This document shows, in pieces, positions 1-8,944 of a stretch of 64,000 nucleotides of DNA. The stretch is from assembly GCA_965226585.1 (NCBI GenBank), contig OZ245366.1, positions 288,001 through 352,000 of the forward strand. The letters run 5' to 3'. The notes below the pieces were generated by a model. The model worked only from the letters and a program-made list of their open reading frames with translations. It had not been told where the DNA came from and ran no database searches. This DNA is from Thermodesulfobacteriota bacterium (lineage in GTDB: Bacteria; Desulfobacterota_D; UBA1144; Nemesobacterales; Mycalebacteriaceae). The position numbers and the translations under genes were made by a program. The stretch's first letter is position 1. Every line of letters begins with the position of its first letter.

Positions 1-77
1 TTGTGCGCGTTACCTACGCCTGCGCGGACGAAGACATAGACGAAGGAACACGCAGAATGAAGGAACTGAAAATATAG
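1..77 (+). CDS. 3' end of a probable PLP-dependent class I/II aminotransferase (partial)
   Basis: Frame from nt 3 reads VRVTYACADEDIDEGTRRMKELKI*, resembling the vRisYa..e.l.eG..Ri C-terminus of aspartate aminotransferase-like enzymes. Confidence 0.6.
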   Translation, partial: VRVTYACADEDIDEGTRRMKELKI

Positions 78-91
78 GGGTCTGCCCCTTC

Positions 92-128
92 CGCTCCGGT
101 GTGAAACCCGCGCCGGGGCGTTTTTTTT
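92..128 (+). terminator. Rho-independent terminator
   Basis: cgctccggtgtg / cgcgccggggcg 12-bp stem (with G-U pairs) followed by T8. Confidence 0.75.
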
Positions 129-160
129 GCGCCCGTTTCCCGCTTTTTCATTCTTACAAA

Positions 161-191
161 CTTAACGCCGGATTAACGGATTTTTAACATT
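161..191 (+). promoter_or_regulatory. Putative Pho box
   Basis: TTAAC at 162, 173 and 184 (exact 11-bp period) directly upstream of pstS. Confidence 0.7.
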
Positions 192-254
192 AGCCGTATT
201 CATTACAGGTTGTGCGGGGCGATGTTTCGTAATTTCTGTTATGGAGGAAAAACT

Positions 255-1232
255 TTGAGAACAAGAAAACACCTGCTTTTTCTCTTCGCCGTGTTTGCGG
301 CGTTTTTGATGACCGGCGGCGCTTACGCCAAGGTCAAGGTTGACAAAAAACTGCCCAACTACAGGAAAACAAAAAAATCGGTTTCGGGAAAGATAGACAG
401 CATCGGTTCCGACACGATGAATAACCTGATGGCTTTGTGGTGTGAAGGATTTAAGAAACGCTACCCCGGAGTCAAGTGCCAGATAGAGGGCAAGGGCTCA
501 AGCACGGCGCCGCCCGCCCTTATAAAAGGAACTTCACAGTTCGGACCCATGTCGCGAAAGATGAAGTCCAAGGAGACTGACGCCTTTGAGAAAAAGTTCG
601 GCTACAAGCCGGTCGCTATTCCAACGTCAATAGATATGCTCGCGGTTTTTGTGAACAAGGAAAACCCGGTGAAGTGCCTGTCCATAAAACAGGTTGACGC
701 CGCCTTTTCACAAACCAGAAGATGCGGAGCCGGCTCCAAGGCGAAAAAGTGGGCTGACCTCGGCGCAAGCGGCGGCTGGGCTTCAAAGGCGATAACGCTT
801 TACGGAAGAAACTCGGCGTCCGGAACCTACGGGTACTTCAAAAAGAAAGCGCTCTGCAAGGGAGACTACTTGGACTCCGTTAAAGAACAGCCGGGTTCCG
901 CCTCCGTTGTTCAGGGCATAAGCAAAGACAAATACGCCATGGGTTACAGCGGAATCGGGTACACAACTTCCGGCGTCAGGGCGATTGAGATTTCAAAGAA
1001 AAAAGGGAAATGCCAGAACCCGGCGCCGGACAACAAAAAATACCCGCTCGCGAGATACCTGTATCTCTACGTGAACAAGGAGCCGGGCAAAAAACTTGAC
1101 ACTCTCCGCAAGGAGTTTCTCAAGTTTGTTCTGAGCAAGCAGGGGCAGAGAGTTGTAGTGAAAGACGGCTACATACCCCTTGACGGCAAAACCGCCAGAA
1201 AGATCAGGAAGAAATATCTCGGTGGGAGGTAG
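255..1232 (+). CDS. pstS: Phosphate ABC transporter substrate-binding protein
   Basis: GSDT, GSSTAPPAL, GRNSASGTYGYF and YPLARYLYLY motifs; signal peptide; TTG start at 255 behind GGAGG (243-247). Confidence 0.95.
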   Translation: MRTRKHLLFLFAVFAAFLMTGGAYAKVKVDKKLPNYRKTKKSVSGKIDSIGSDTMNNLMALWCEGFKKRYPGVKCQIEGKGSSTAPPALIKGTSQFGPMSRKMKSKETDAFEKKFGYKPVAIPTSIDMLAVFVNKENPVKCLSIKQVDAAFSQTRRCGAGSKAKKWADLGASGGWASKAITLYGRNSASGTYGYFKKKALCKGDYLDSVKEQPGSASVVQGISKDKYAMGYSGIGYTTSGVRAIEISKKKGKCQNPAPDNKKYPLARYLYLYVNKEPGKKLDTLRKEFLKFVLSKQGQRVVVKDGYIPLDGKTARKIRKKYLGGR

Positions 1233-1240
1233 TTTTTCAG

Positions 1241-3460
1241 TTGAACCCGCGTCTTGACAGGAGAAACCTCTACGACAAGTTCGCGGGCTTCTTCATAGTT
1301 ATGGGAGGAGTGGCGATAATCGTCAGCATACTGGCGGTTTTCGCCTTCATCCTTTCCGAAGCCCTTCCGCTTTTCTCGTCCCCTTCGCACGGCGAGCCGA
1401 AAACCGTTATTGCGGCGGGCCCGCTTGCGGGAGCGGTAGGCGCGGGAGTTGACGAATACAGAGAGACCGCCTACGCGGTTTTCCCTTCGGGAGAGATAAA
1501 ACTGTTTTCGCTCTCAGGCGGAGGTTCTGAGGTTATCGCCGCCGCTCCTGCGGGCGCGACCGCTTTTGCCGTTCACACATCGGGAGAGGCATTCGCTCTG
1601 GGTCTTGATGACGGCTCGGTTGCCGTCTATTCGGTTGGCTACCGGGAAGTCCATTCAGAAGAAGGAAAAAGGAGCGTGGAGACAGCCGCCACCCTTTCCG
1701 CGCTTTCTCCGAAGGGAATATCGCCTGTTTCTCAAATCTCTTTCATAACCTCTGAAGAAGGTTCCTACACGGTTGCCGCTCACACGGAAAACGGGCGGCT
1801 GTTTCTGTTCGCGGGCATGGGCGCGGAAGAGGATGACGATATATTCGCCGACTCTGAAGCCGCTCAAACATCCCCGGAGCAAACCCCGCGCACCGAACTC
1901 ACCCGGAACTTGAGCGGCGAGCGGGTTACCGCCCTTGCTCTCTCCGAAGAGGGGTCGTATCTCTACGCCGGAACGGCTGAGGGCAGAATACTCAGCTGGA
2001 ACACTTCAGACCCTCTGAACCCTGAGTTTCTGGGAAAGACGGAGGCAACGGCAGACCGCTCCATTTCGGTAACCGCAATGGGAGCTTTGCTTGGAAGCAG
2101 GTCTGTTACGGTGGGCGATTCTTCGGGAGCCGTGTCCATTTGGTTCAGAGCGGCGGACTCACCGCAACTGATGCGCGCGCGGGATTTCAAAAAGTTTCCG
2201 GGCGCGGTTGTTCTGTTTGCCAACTCGCAGAGAAACAGGGGTTTCCTCGCGGCGGATTCGGAGGGAAACATAGGCGTTTTTCACTCAACAACAGAGCGGA
2301 AGCGTCTGTCTCTTGAAAGCGGACAGCCGGTTTCAGCCGCCTTTCTGGCTCCCAAGGGAAATGCGGTGGTCGCGGTGGGAGATGACGGCTCGCTTACGGA
2401 GTGGGAGATACGCAACGACTACTCGGAGATAAGTTTGAAGTCTCTTTTCAACGCCGTTTGGTATGAGGGATATGAAAGCCCCGAACACATGTGGCAGTCA
2501 ACGGGAGGCACGGACGAGTTTGAACCGAAACTCGGACTTGCCCCGATTATATTCGGCACATTCAAAGGCGCGGTGTATTCCCTGCTTTTCGCCGTTCCGG
2601 TCGCCGTGTTTGCCGCCCTGTGCGTTTCGCAGTTTCTGCATCCGTCATTCGGAAAGGTGGTGAAACCAATCATTGAAATTATGGCGGGACTGCCCAGCGT
2701 TGTAATAGGGTTTTTCGCCGGACTGTGGCTGTCGCCGGTGCTTGAAAAGGTGTTTCCCGCCCTTGTCATAATGCCGTTTGTGATGGCGGGAACCGGGGCG
2801 GCGGTTCTGTATCTGTGGAAACTTTTCGGCGGCGCGCTTAAAGGGCGGATGAAACCGGGGGCGGAGTTCATGCTTCTTCTTCCCGCGATTTTTCTGGCGG
2901 TCGCCCTCTCCCTGTGGCTCAACACTCCGGCGGAGCAGTTTCTTTTTCGCGGCGATTACAAGGAATGGCTTGCCGCCGCAGGGCTTGATTTTGACCAGAG
3001 AAACGCCCTTGTTGTCGGTTTCGCGATGGGATTTGCCGTCATACCGATAGTGTTCACAATCGCAGAAGATTCCATGTCGGGCGTGCCGAAACCGCTTGTC
3101 GCCGGTTCTCTCGCCCTTGGGGCAAGCAAGTGGCAGACCGCCGTGCGGGTTGTGATTCCGTCTGCGAGCGCGGGAATACTTGCCGCCGTTGTCATCGGGT
3201 TCGGAAGGGCGGTCGGGGAAACGATGATAGTGCTGATGGCAACCGGAAACACGCCGCTTCTTGACTGGAACATATTCAACGGCTTCCGCACAATGTCTGC
3301 CAACATAGCCGTGGAACTGCCCGAAGCCCCGCACGGCGGCGGGCTTTACCGCCTCATATTCTTTACAAGCCTTCTCCTGTTTGTGTTCACCTTCGTTCTG
3401 AACACGGCGGCGGAAATTATCAGGGGAAAACTGGGCAAGAAATACGGAACTCCGCAGTAG
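1241..3460 (+). CDS. pstC: Phosphate ABC transporter permease PstC, long form with a beta-propeller-like N-terminal domain
   Basis: C-terminal IEIMAGLPSVV, GSLALGASKWQT and GRAVGETMIVLM motifs; long WD40-like soluble region after TM1. Confidence 0.93.
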   Translation: MNPRLDRRNLYDKFAGFFIVMGGVAIIVSILAVFAFILSEALPLFSSPSHGEPKTVIAAGPLAGAVGAGVDEYRETAYAVFPSGEIKLFSLSGGGSEVIAAAPAGATAFAVHTSGEAFALGLDDGSVAVYSVGYREVHSEEGKRSVETAATLSALSPKGISPVSQISFITSEEGSYTVAAHTENGRLFLFAGMGAEEDDDIFADSEAAQTSPEQTPRTELTRNLSGERVTALALSEEGSYLYAGTAEGRILSWNTSDPLNPEFLGKTEATADRSISVTAMGALLGSRSVTVGDSSGAVSIWFRAADSPQLMRARDFKKFPGAVVLFANSQRNRGFLAADSEGNIGVFHSTTERKRLSLESGQPVSAAFLAPKGNAVVAVGDDGSLTEWEIRNDYSEISLKSLFNAVWYEGYESPEHMWQSTGGTDEFEPKLGLAPIIFGTFKGAVYSLLFAVPVAVFAALCVSQFLHPSFGKVVKPIIEIMAGLPSVVIGFFAGLWLSPVLEKVFPALVIMPFVMAGTGAAVLYLWKLFGGALKGRMKPGAEFMLLLPAIFLAVALSLWLNTPAEQFLFRGDYKEWLAAAGLDFDQRNALVVGFAMGFAVIPIVFTIAEDSMSGVPKPLVAGSLALGASKWQTAVRVVIPSASAGILAAVVIGFGRAVGETMIVLMATGNTPLLDWNIFNGFRTMSANIAVELPEAPHGGGLYRLIFFTSLLLFVFTFVLNTAAEIIRGKLGKKYGTPQ

Positions 3461-3470
3461 GCAAACAGAG

Positions 3471-5057
3471 ATGAAAAAGAAAAAAATTTCATTAAGACAG
3501 GCGTTCGGGGGCGGAGAGGCGTACACATGGCTTTCAGCCGCCGCCCTTGTTGCGTCTCTCGCGATGATAGCCGGGCTTCTGTTTCTCATAACCTCAAAAG
3601 GGCTGGGCTTTTTCTGGCCCTCAAACATCGCCTATGTAACCCTTGCCGACGGCGGCGCGATGATGGGCGCGAAAGCCGGACACGAAGACAGCGACAGCGG
3701 CGGCAGAACAAGGTTCAAGGTTGGCAACCGCGATGTGTACGGGCTTGCCTTCCGGTGGGTGGAAAACGACAAAATGGAATCAGTTGACTACCCCGCAGAC
3801 GCCCTTGTCATTCAGCGGTGGGAGTGGGGAGACATGATAGCGTTTGTCAAAGAGATACGGGCGGACGGGCAGACGACCGCTTTTTCGGGCAATTCCGCTG
3901 AACTTCAAAAGTTTGTCTCAACCGCGCGCGCGTTGCGAAAACGGATTCAAAAAATCGCCTCCGGCGAAGTGGGCGGCATAGTTTATGAGACGGACAAACT
4001 TCGCGCCAAAATGGAGTCGGGAGACCCCGGCGGCAAATACGCGGCGCGGCTTGAAGAGCTTGGCAAACAATATTCTGAAAAAGAGGCGGAACTTGAAAAA
4101 CTGTATCTTGAAATAGACAAAAACTCCCTTGTTGCGGTAACGGCGGAAGGGGAGGAGGCGGAGGTTTCATTTGGAAACATAGAGAGAATTTTCGCCCCCA
4201 ACTCAATGGGCTTATTGTCAAAATGCGCGCTTTATGCGGAAAGGTTCTGGACTTTTATCGCCACCAATCCGCGAGAGGCGAACACCGAGGGCGGAATACT
4301 TCCCGCCATAATGGGCACGGTTATCATGGTGATTCTGATGAGCGTGATGGTTATGCCGCTCGGAGTTCTCGCCGCCCTCTACCTCAGCGAATACTCAAAG
4401 AAGGGGCTTTTTGTCAGAATTGTGAGAATTTGCGTCAACAACCTCGCGGGGGTTCCGTCCATTGTTTTCGGTGTTTTCGGTCTCGGGTTTTTCGTCTACG
4501 GAATAGGCGGACTGATAGATTCCGTTTTCTATTCCCAGTCTCTTCCCGCGCCCACTTTTGGAACGGGCGGAGTGATGTGGGCGTCTCTCACGCTTGCCCT
4601 TCTTACGGTTCCGGTGGTTATCGTTTCAACCGAAGAGGGGCTTTCGCAAGTGCCGAAAAATATGCGCGAGGGCTCTCTCGCCCTTGGGGCGACAAAGTTT
4701 GAAACCGTGTGGAAGGTGGTTCTTCCGGGCGCGCTTCCGGGCATCATGACGGGGCTTATCCTCGCGGTCGCCAGAGCCGCCGGTGAGGTTGCTCCGCTTA
4801 TGCTCACGGGTGTTGTGAAACTCGCCCCGGATTCCATTGTAGACGGCTGGTTCCCGTTTCTTCACGCAGAGAGAAAGTTTATGCATCTGGGATTTCACAT
4901 ATACGATGTGGGTTTCCAATCGCCAAATGTTGAAGCCGCCAAAGACATTGTGTACGCCACCGCTTTTCTGCTTATCGCCATAGTGGCGGCTCTCAATCTC
5001 GCGGCGATATTTATAAGAAGCAGAATAAGGGAGAAAAGGTTCGGTTCCGCAATATAG
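3471..5057 (+). CDS. pstA: Phosphate ABC transporter permease PstA, long form
   Basis: PREANTEGG, NNLAGVPSIVFG, EGSLALGATKFET and ARAAGEVAPL motifs. Confidence 0.95.
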   Translation: MKKKKISLRQAFGGGEAYTWLSAAALVASLAMIAGLLFLITSKGLGFFWPSNIAYVTLADGGAMMGAKAGHEDSDSGGRTRFKVGNRDVYGLAFRWVENDKMESVDYPADALVIQRWEWGDMIAFVKEIRADGQTTAFSGNSAELQKFVSTARALRKRIQKIASGEVGGIVYETDKLRAKMESGDPGGKYAARLEELGKQYSEKEAELEKLYLEIDKNSLVAVTAEGEEAEVSFGNIERIFAPNSMGLLSKCALYAERFWTFIATNPREANTEGGILPAIMGTVIMVILMSVMVMPLGVLAALYLSEYSKKGLFVRIVRICVNNLAGVPSIVFGVFGLGFFVYGIGGLIDSVFYSQSLPAPTFGTGGVMWASLTLALLTVPVVIVSTEEGLSQVPKNMREGSLALGATKFETVWKVVLPGALPGIMTGLILAVARAAGEVAPLMLTGVVKLAPDSIVDGWFPFLHAERKFMHLGFHIYDVGFQSPNVEAAKDIVYATAFLLIAIVAALNLAAIFIRSRIREKRFGSAI

Positions 5058-5066
5058 GAGAAAAAA

Positions 5067-5861
5067 ATGAGAGAAGACTTTAAGCCCGCAGACAACACAA
5101 GTTTTGATTCCATTATCGCCGAGGCGAAAGATGTTTCGCTTTTATACGGCGAAACTCCCGCCCTCAAAAGCGTTTCCATGCGCGTTCCGGCAAACATGGC
5201 GACCGCCCTTATCGGTCCGTCCGGTTGCGGAAAGTCAACCTTTCTGCGCTGTTTCAACCGAATGAACGACCTTATAGACGATGTTTCCATAACGGGTGAA
5301 ATAGAGGTTTCGGGAAGCAACATATACTCGCAAGAGATGGACGTGAGCGACCTGCGCCGCAGGGTGGGAATGGTGTTTCAGAAATCAAATCCGTTTCCGT
5401 CATCCATATACGAGAACGTTGCCTACGGGCCCCGCATAGCGGGAATGTCAAACAGAAACGACCTTGACGAAATTGTGGAGTCAAGCCTCAAGCAGGCGGG
5501 TTTGTGGAAGGAGGCGCGCGACCGCCTCAAAGAAAGCGCGTTTGCTCTTTCCGGCGGTCAGCAGCAGCGTCTTTGCATTGCCCGCGCCATCGCCGTCCGC
5601 CCCGAACTTTTGCTTATGGATGAGCCGTGCAGCGCGCTAGACCCCATCGCCACGGCGAGCATAGAAGACCTGATAAGAGAGTTGAAGCGCGAGTACACCG
5701 TTATCATCGTAACGCACAATATGCAGCAGGCGGCGAGAGTTTCGGACTATACTATGTTTATGTATTTGGGCAGTATGATTGAATATGACGAGACGGAAAA
5801 GATATTTCTCAACCCGTCCGTGAAGGAGACAGAGGACTACGTTTCCGGAAAGTTCGGATAA
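5067..5861 (+). CDS. pstB: Phosphate ABC transporter ATPase
   Basis: [43 protein letters not shown]. Confidence 0.97.
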   Translation: MREDFKPADNTSFDSIIAEAKDVSLLYGETPALKSVSMRVPANMATALIGPSGCGKSTFLRCFNRMNDLIDDVSITGEIEVSGSNIYSQEMDVSDLRRRVGMVFQKSNPFPSSIYENVAYGPRIAGMSNRNDLDEIVESSLKQAGLWKEARDRLKESAFALSGGQQQRLCIARAIAVRPELLLMDEPCSALDPIATASIEDLIRELKREYTVIIVTHNMQQAARVSDYTMFMYLGSMIEYDETEKIFLNPSVKETEDYVSGKFG

Positions 5862-5882
5862 AATCGCTCGAGGAGGAAAGAT

Positions 5883-6542
5883 ATGGCGACCGTACACGAA
5901 GAGCTTGAAGAACTTAAAAAATCGCTTCTTGATATGTCTGAGGTGGTGGATTCAATGCTTGAAAAGAGCATTGGTTTGATAAAAGACCAGACCGACATAA
6001 AGGCGCGTGTGTCTGACATAAAGGAGATGGACGACCGCGTTGACGCAAAAGAGGTTCAGATTGACGCCAAGTGTGTGCGGATGCTGGGGCTTTACGCTCC
6101 CGAAGCGGAGATGTTGAGGGCAACGGTTGCGATAATGAAGATAAACAACGATGTTGAGCGGATAGGCGACCACGCCGTCAATGTGGCGCGGCTTGTCGGG
6201 AAGATAGCGGATTATCCTTCTCTGGAAATAATGCGCAAAACCGCCGAGATGGGAGAGAGCGCGCTTGAGATGTTCAGAATGAGCATGGACGGGTTTATCA
6301 ACAAGAAAAAAGACCTTGTGCTTGAGGTTGCCCGCAAGGATGACGAGGTGGATTCGCAGGAGAAAAAGATAGTTAGCGAGTCGTTAAAGCACTTGAGGGA
6401 TTTCCCTGAATCCATACAGGCGGCGACTTGCGTAATAGTTCTCGCAAGAAATCTGGAAAGAGCGGCAGACCTGACAACGAACATATCGGAAGATACGTAT
6501 TATCTGATAACGGGTGAAGTGATAAAGCACAACGGCGCTTGA
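5883..6542 (+). CDS. phoU: Phosphate signalling protein PhoU
   Basis: Duplicated D..vD..E / ERIGDH and LERAAD..NI motifs; position after pstB. Confidence 0.93.
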   Translation: MATVHEELEELKKSLLDMSEVVDSMLEKSIGLIKDQTDIKARVSDIKEMDDRVDAKEVQIDAKCVRMLGLYAPEAEMLRATVAIMKINNDVERIGDHAVNVARLVGKIADYPSLEIMRKTAEMGESALEMFRMSMDGFINKKKDLVLEVARKDDEVDSQEKKIVSESLKHLRDFPESIQAATCVIVLARNLERAADLTTNISEDTYYLITGEVIKHNGA

Positions 6543-6592
6543 CCCCCCGCACCTGACACCGGCAGACGCCAACTGCCAACCAACACCACCAA

Positions 6593-6672
6593 CGTCATTC
6601 CGCACCTGACACGGAATCCAGTATTCAACTCTGGTTAATTAATACTGGATTCCTGCTTTCGCAGGAATGACG
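6593..6672. repeat. CGTC-tagged palindromic doublet (REP/dRS3-like), A-arm first
   Basis: cgtcATTCCgcacctgacacGGAATccagtatt ... aatactggATTCCtgctttcgcaGGAATgacg, between convergent phoU and phoR. Confidence 0.9.
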
Positions 6673-6701
6673 GAGGGGCGTGGAATAACGGGGGCGGGCA
6701 A

Positions 6702-7994
6702 TCAAAACACCGCAACAAAAACACTTCCCGCCCCAACCTCGCTTTCAACCTCAATCTTCCCCCCGTGCGCTTCGGCGGTCTTTAGCGCGATACTCAAACC
6801 CAAACCGCTTCCCTCTTCCTTCCTTGCCGCCGCGCCCCGGTAGAAACGTTCAAAAATTCTTCCCGTCTCCTTCTTCTCTATTCCCGCCCCGCAGTCTTTT
6901 ACACTCACCGCTATTTTCCCGTCATCTCTTCTCACCGCCGCAATCTCAACTTTCCCGCCTTCGGGCGAGTATTTCACGGCGTTTTCTATCAGGTTCACAA
7001 ACATATTTTCTATCATCATTCTGTCGCCCTGCATCACAAGCCCGTCCGCTTCCGCAACCGCCACCTCAACCCCCCTCGCGTCTGCCCCCGCCTTCATAAC
7101 CACCGCCGCGTTCTCAACCGCCTTCGCAATATCAAACTCCTCTCTCTCCGCGCCGCGCTCTATTTCTGAAAGCCGTATCACACGGGAACAAAGATCCGCG
7201 AGCCGCCGGGTGTTTCTTTCAAGAATCCGCGCCAGTTTCGCCGTTTCGCCGTTTTCCCCCGCAGAAACCGCAATGGTTTCCGCCGCGCCCACTATTGAGG
7301 TCAGCGGCGTGCGTATCTCGTGAGACATATTTGTTATCAAATCTTTCTGCGCGGTTTCAAGGTCTTTGAGTTCCCGCCGGTCAAACAGTATCAGAGCGGC
7401 ATCGCCGTTTTTCAGGCGGGCAACAGAAGCCATGTAAAAGTTTTCAGACGGATACAGATTTGCTATCTCCCGCTTCATTGTCTCCCCGCCGCCCAGCGCG
7501 TCTTCAATCAGCCGTTTCATCTGCGAACTGAAAATCACTTCCCAGTAGTTTTTCCCTTCAATCTCCCCGGCGGTTGCAAGCATGGCGCGGGCGGTTTTGT
7601 TTGCCGCCGTAACTCTCCCCTCAGCCGAAACGCACAAAATCCCCTCGCTCACTTCGTCAAGAAGGGCGGAAAGTCTTTCGTTTTTATCCACTCCGCCCCG
7701 AACGCTGTTTTTTATGTGGCGGGCAAGCGTGTTCAAAGCGTTTGCCATCTTCCCGCTTGTCCCTCTTTCGTCCGGCATAAAGTGCGAAAATTTTCCGGAA
7801 ACAAGGTCTGACGCAAAAGAGGTTACGTCTTTTTCCACCTTTCCCGCCCGCCTGTGCGCAACCGCCGCCGCCCCGAAAGCCGCCGCCGCCGCCCCGCATG
7901 AAAACACAAACGCCTCAATTCCCCCCTCCGGTTTCATATACGCAAGCGCGCCCGCCGCCCCCGCAAAAACCGCCGCCTTTACCGAGATTTTTAT
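6702..7994 (-). CDS. phoR: Phosphate regulon sensor histidine kinase
   Basis: PAS region, H-box SHEIRTPLT, NLIENAVKY, GSGLGL; frame stays open to an ATA at 7994 that overlaps the phoB stop (ORF track starts at ATG 7937). Confidence 0.85.
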   Translation of the reverse strand: MKISVKAAVFAGAAGALAYMKPEGGIEAFVFSCGAAAAAFGAAAVAHRRAGKVEKDVTSFASDLVSGKFSHFMPDERGTSGKMANALNTLARHIKNSVRGGVDKNERLSALLDEVSEGILCVSAEGRVTAANKTARAMLATAGEIEGKNYWEVIFSSQMKRLIEDALGGGETMKREIANLYPSENFYMASVARLKNGDAALILFDRRELKDLETAQKDLITNMSHEIRTPLTSIVGAAETIAVSAGENGETAKLARILERNTRRLADLCSRVIRLSEIERGAEREEFDIAKAVENAAVVMKAGADARGVEVAVAEADGLVMQGDRMMIENMFVNLIENAVKYSPEGGKVEIAAVRRDDGKIAVSVKDCGAGIEKKETGRIFERFYRGAAARKEEGSGLGLSIALKTAEAHGGKIEVESEVGAGSVFVAVF

Positions 7995-8692
7995 TTTGCC
8001 GCCCCTGTCCGTTCCAGTTTGTAGCCCACTCCGCGCACGGTTTTTATTTCAACGCCGGAGCCGGAGATTTTTTCCCGTATCCTTTTTATGTGAACATCAA
8101 CCGTGCGGTCATAGGCAAGGCGGTCGTCCATCGCGGTTTTTTGTTTCAGTATCTGGTCTCTGCTGAGAACTCTTCCCTCGTTGCGCCCAAGAAACTGGAG
8201 AATTCTGAATTGTGTAGCGGTCAGGTCCAGCGGCTTTCCTTTCACCTTCGCAACAAAACTGCCGCCGTCAATTCTCAAGTTGCCCGTTTCAATCACATCT
8301 TCACTTTCACCCCCGGAGTGTTTGCCGCGTCTGAGAACGGTTTTCACTCTGGCGATAAGTTCGCGCGGGCTGAAAGGTTTTGTTATGTAGTCGTCTGCGC
8401 CCACTCCCAGCCCCAGAACCACATCCGTTTCTTCGGCTTTTGCGGTGATCATTATCACGGGAATATCCGCCGTTCTTGAAGACGATTTCATTTGTTTGCA
8501 AACTTCCACGCCGTCCACTTCGGGAAGCATAATGTCGAGCAGAACAATGTCTGGTTTGAAAGAAGCGGTGGAAAGCAGAAATTCTCTGCCGTCTCTAAAG
8601 GTTTTTGTTTTGTAGCCGTCTGCCTTGAGAGCGGATGAGACGACTTCAAGAATGTCTTTTTCATCGTCAACTATGGCAACGGTTTTAGGCAT
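7991..8692 (-). CDS. phoB: OmpR/PhoB-family response regulator
   Basis: IVDDE, LLDIMLP, GADDYITKPFS, RTVDVHI and IKTVRGVGY; adjacent to the pst operon. Confidence 0.88.
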   Translation of the reverse strand: MPKTVAIVDDEKDILEVVSSALKADGYKTKTFRDGREFLLSTASFKPDIVLLDIMLPEVDGVEVCKQMKSSSRTADIPVIMITAKAEETDVVLGLGVGADDYITKPFSPRELIARVKTVLRRGKHSGGESEDVIETGNLRIDGGSFVAKVKGKPLDLTATQFRILQFLGRNEGRVLSRDQILKQKTAMDDRLAYDRTVDVHIKRIREKISGSGVEIKTVRGVGYKLERTGAAK

Positions 8693-8739
8693 TGGTTTGG
8701 AATTATACACACTCCGTCATTGTGTGCCTGACTCCCTTC

Positions 8740-8817
8740 CGTCATTGTGTGCTTGACACGGAATCCAGTATTCAACTGGCTAACCAATACTGGATTCCCG
8801 CTTTCGCAGGAATGACG
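8740..8817. repeat. CGTC-tagged palindromic doublet, A-arm first, with partial arms on both sides
   Basis: Same family as 6593; truncated arm at 8715 and a ggaatgacgg tail near 8830-8840. Confidence 0.9.
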
Positions 8818-8868
8818 GAGAGGGGGCAACGGAATGACGGAGGGCGCAAAAAATTTTGGGGTTGATTG

Positions 8869-8898
8869 TTGAAAATCATTCGCTTTTTACCATATAAT
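8869..8898 (+). promoter_or_regulatory. Sigma70-type promoter of the OprO/P-like porin
   Basis: TTGAAA-N18-TATAAT. Confidence 0.55.
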
Positions 8899-8944
8899 AC
8901 CCGCGAGGTTGAAAGCTTCGCATCCTAACACGAGAGGAGGAAGG

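Noticed and set aside
2645..3628. 327-aa antisense ORF over pstC/pstA
   Set aside because: Shadow ORF opposite well-supported genes, with no recognisable motifs
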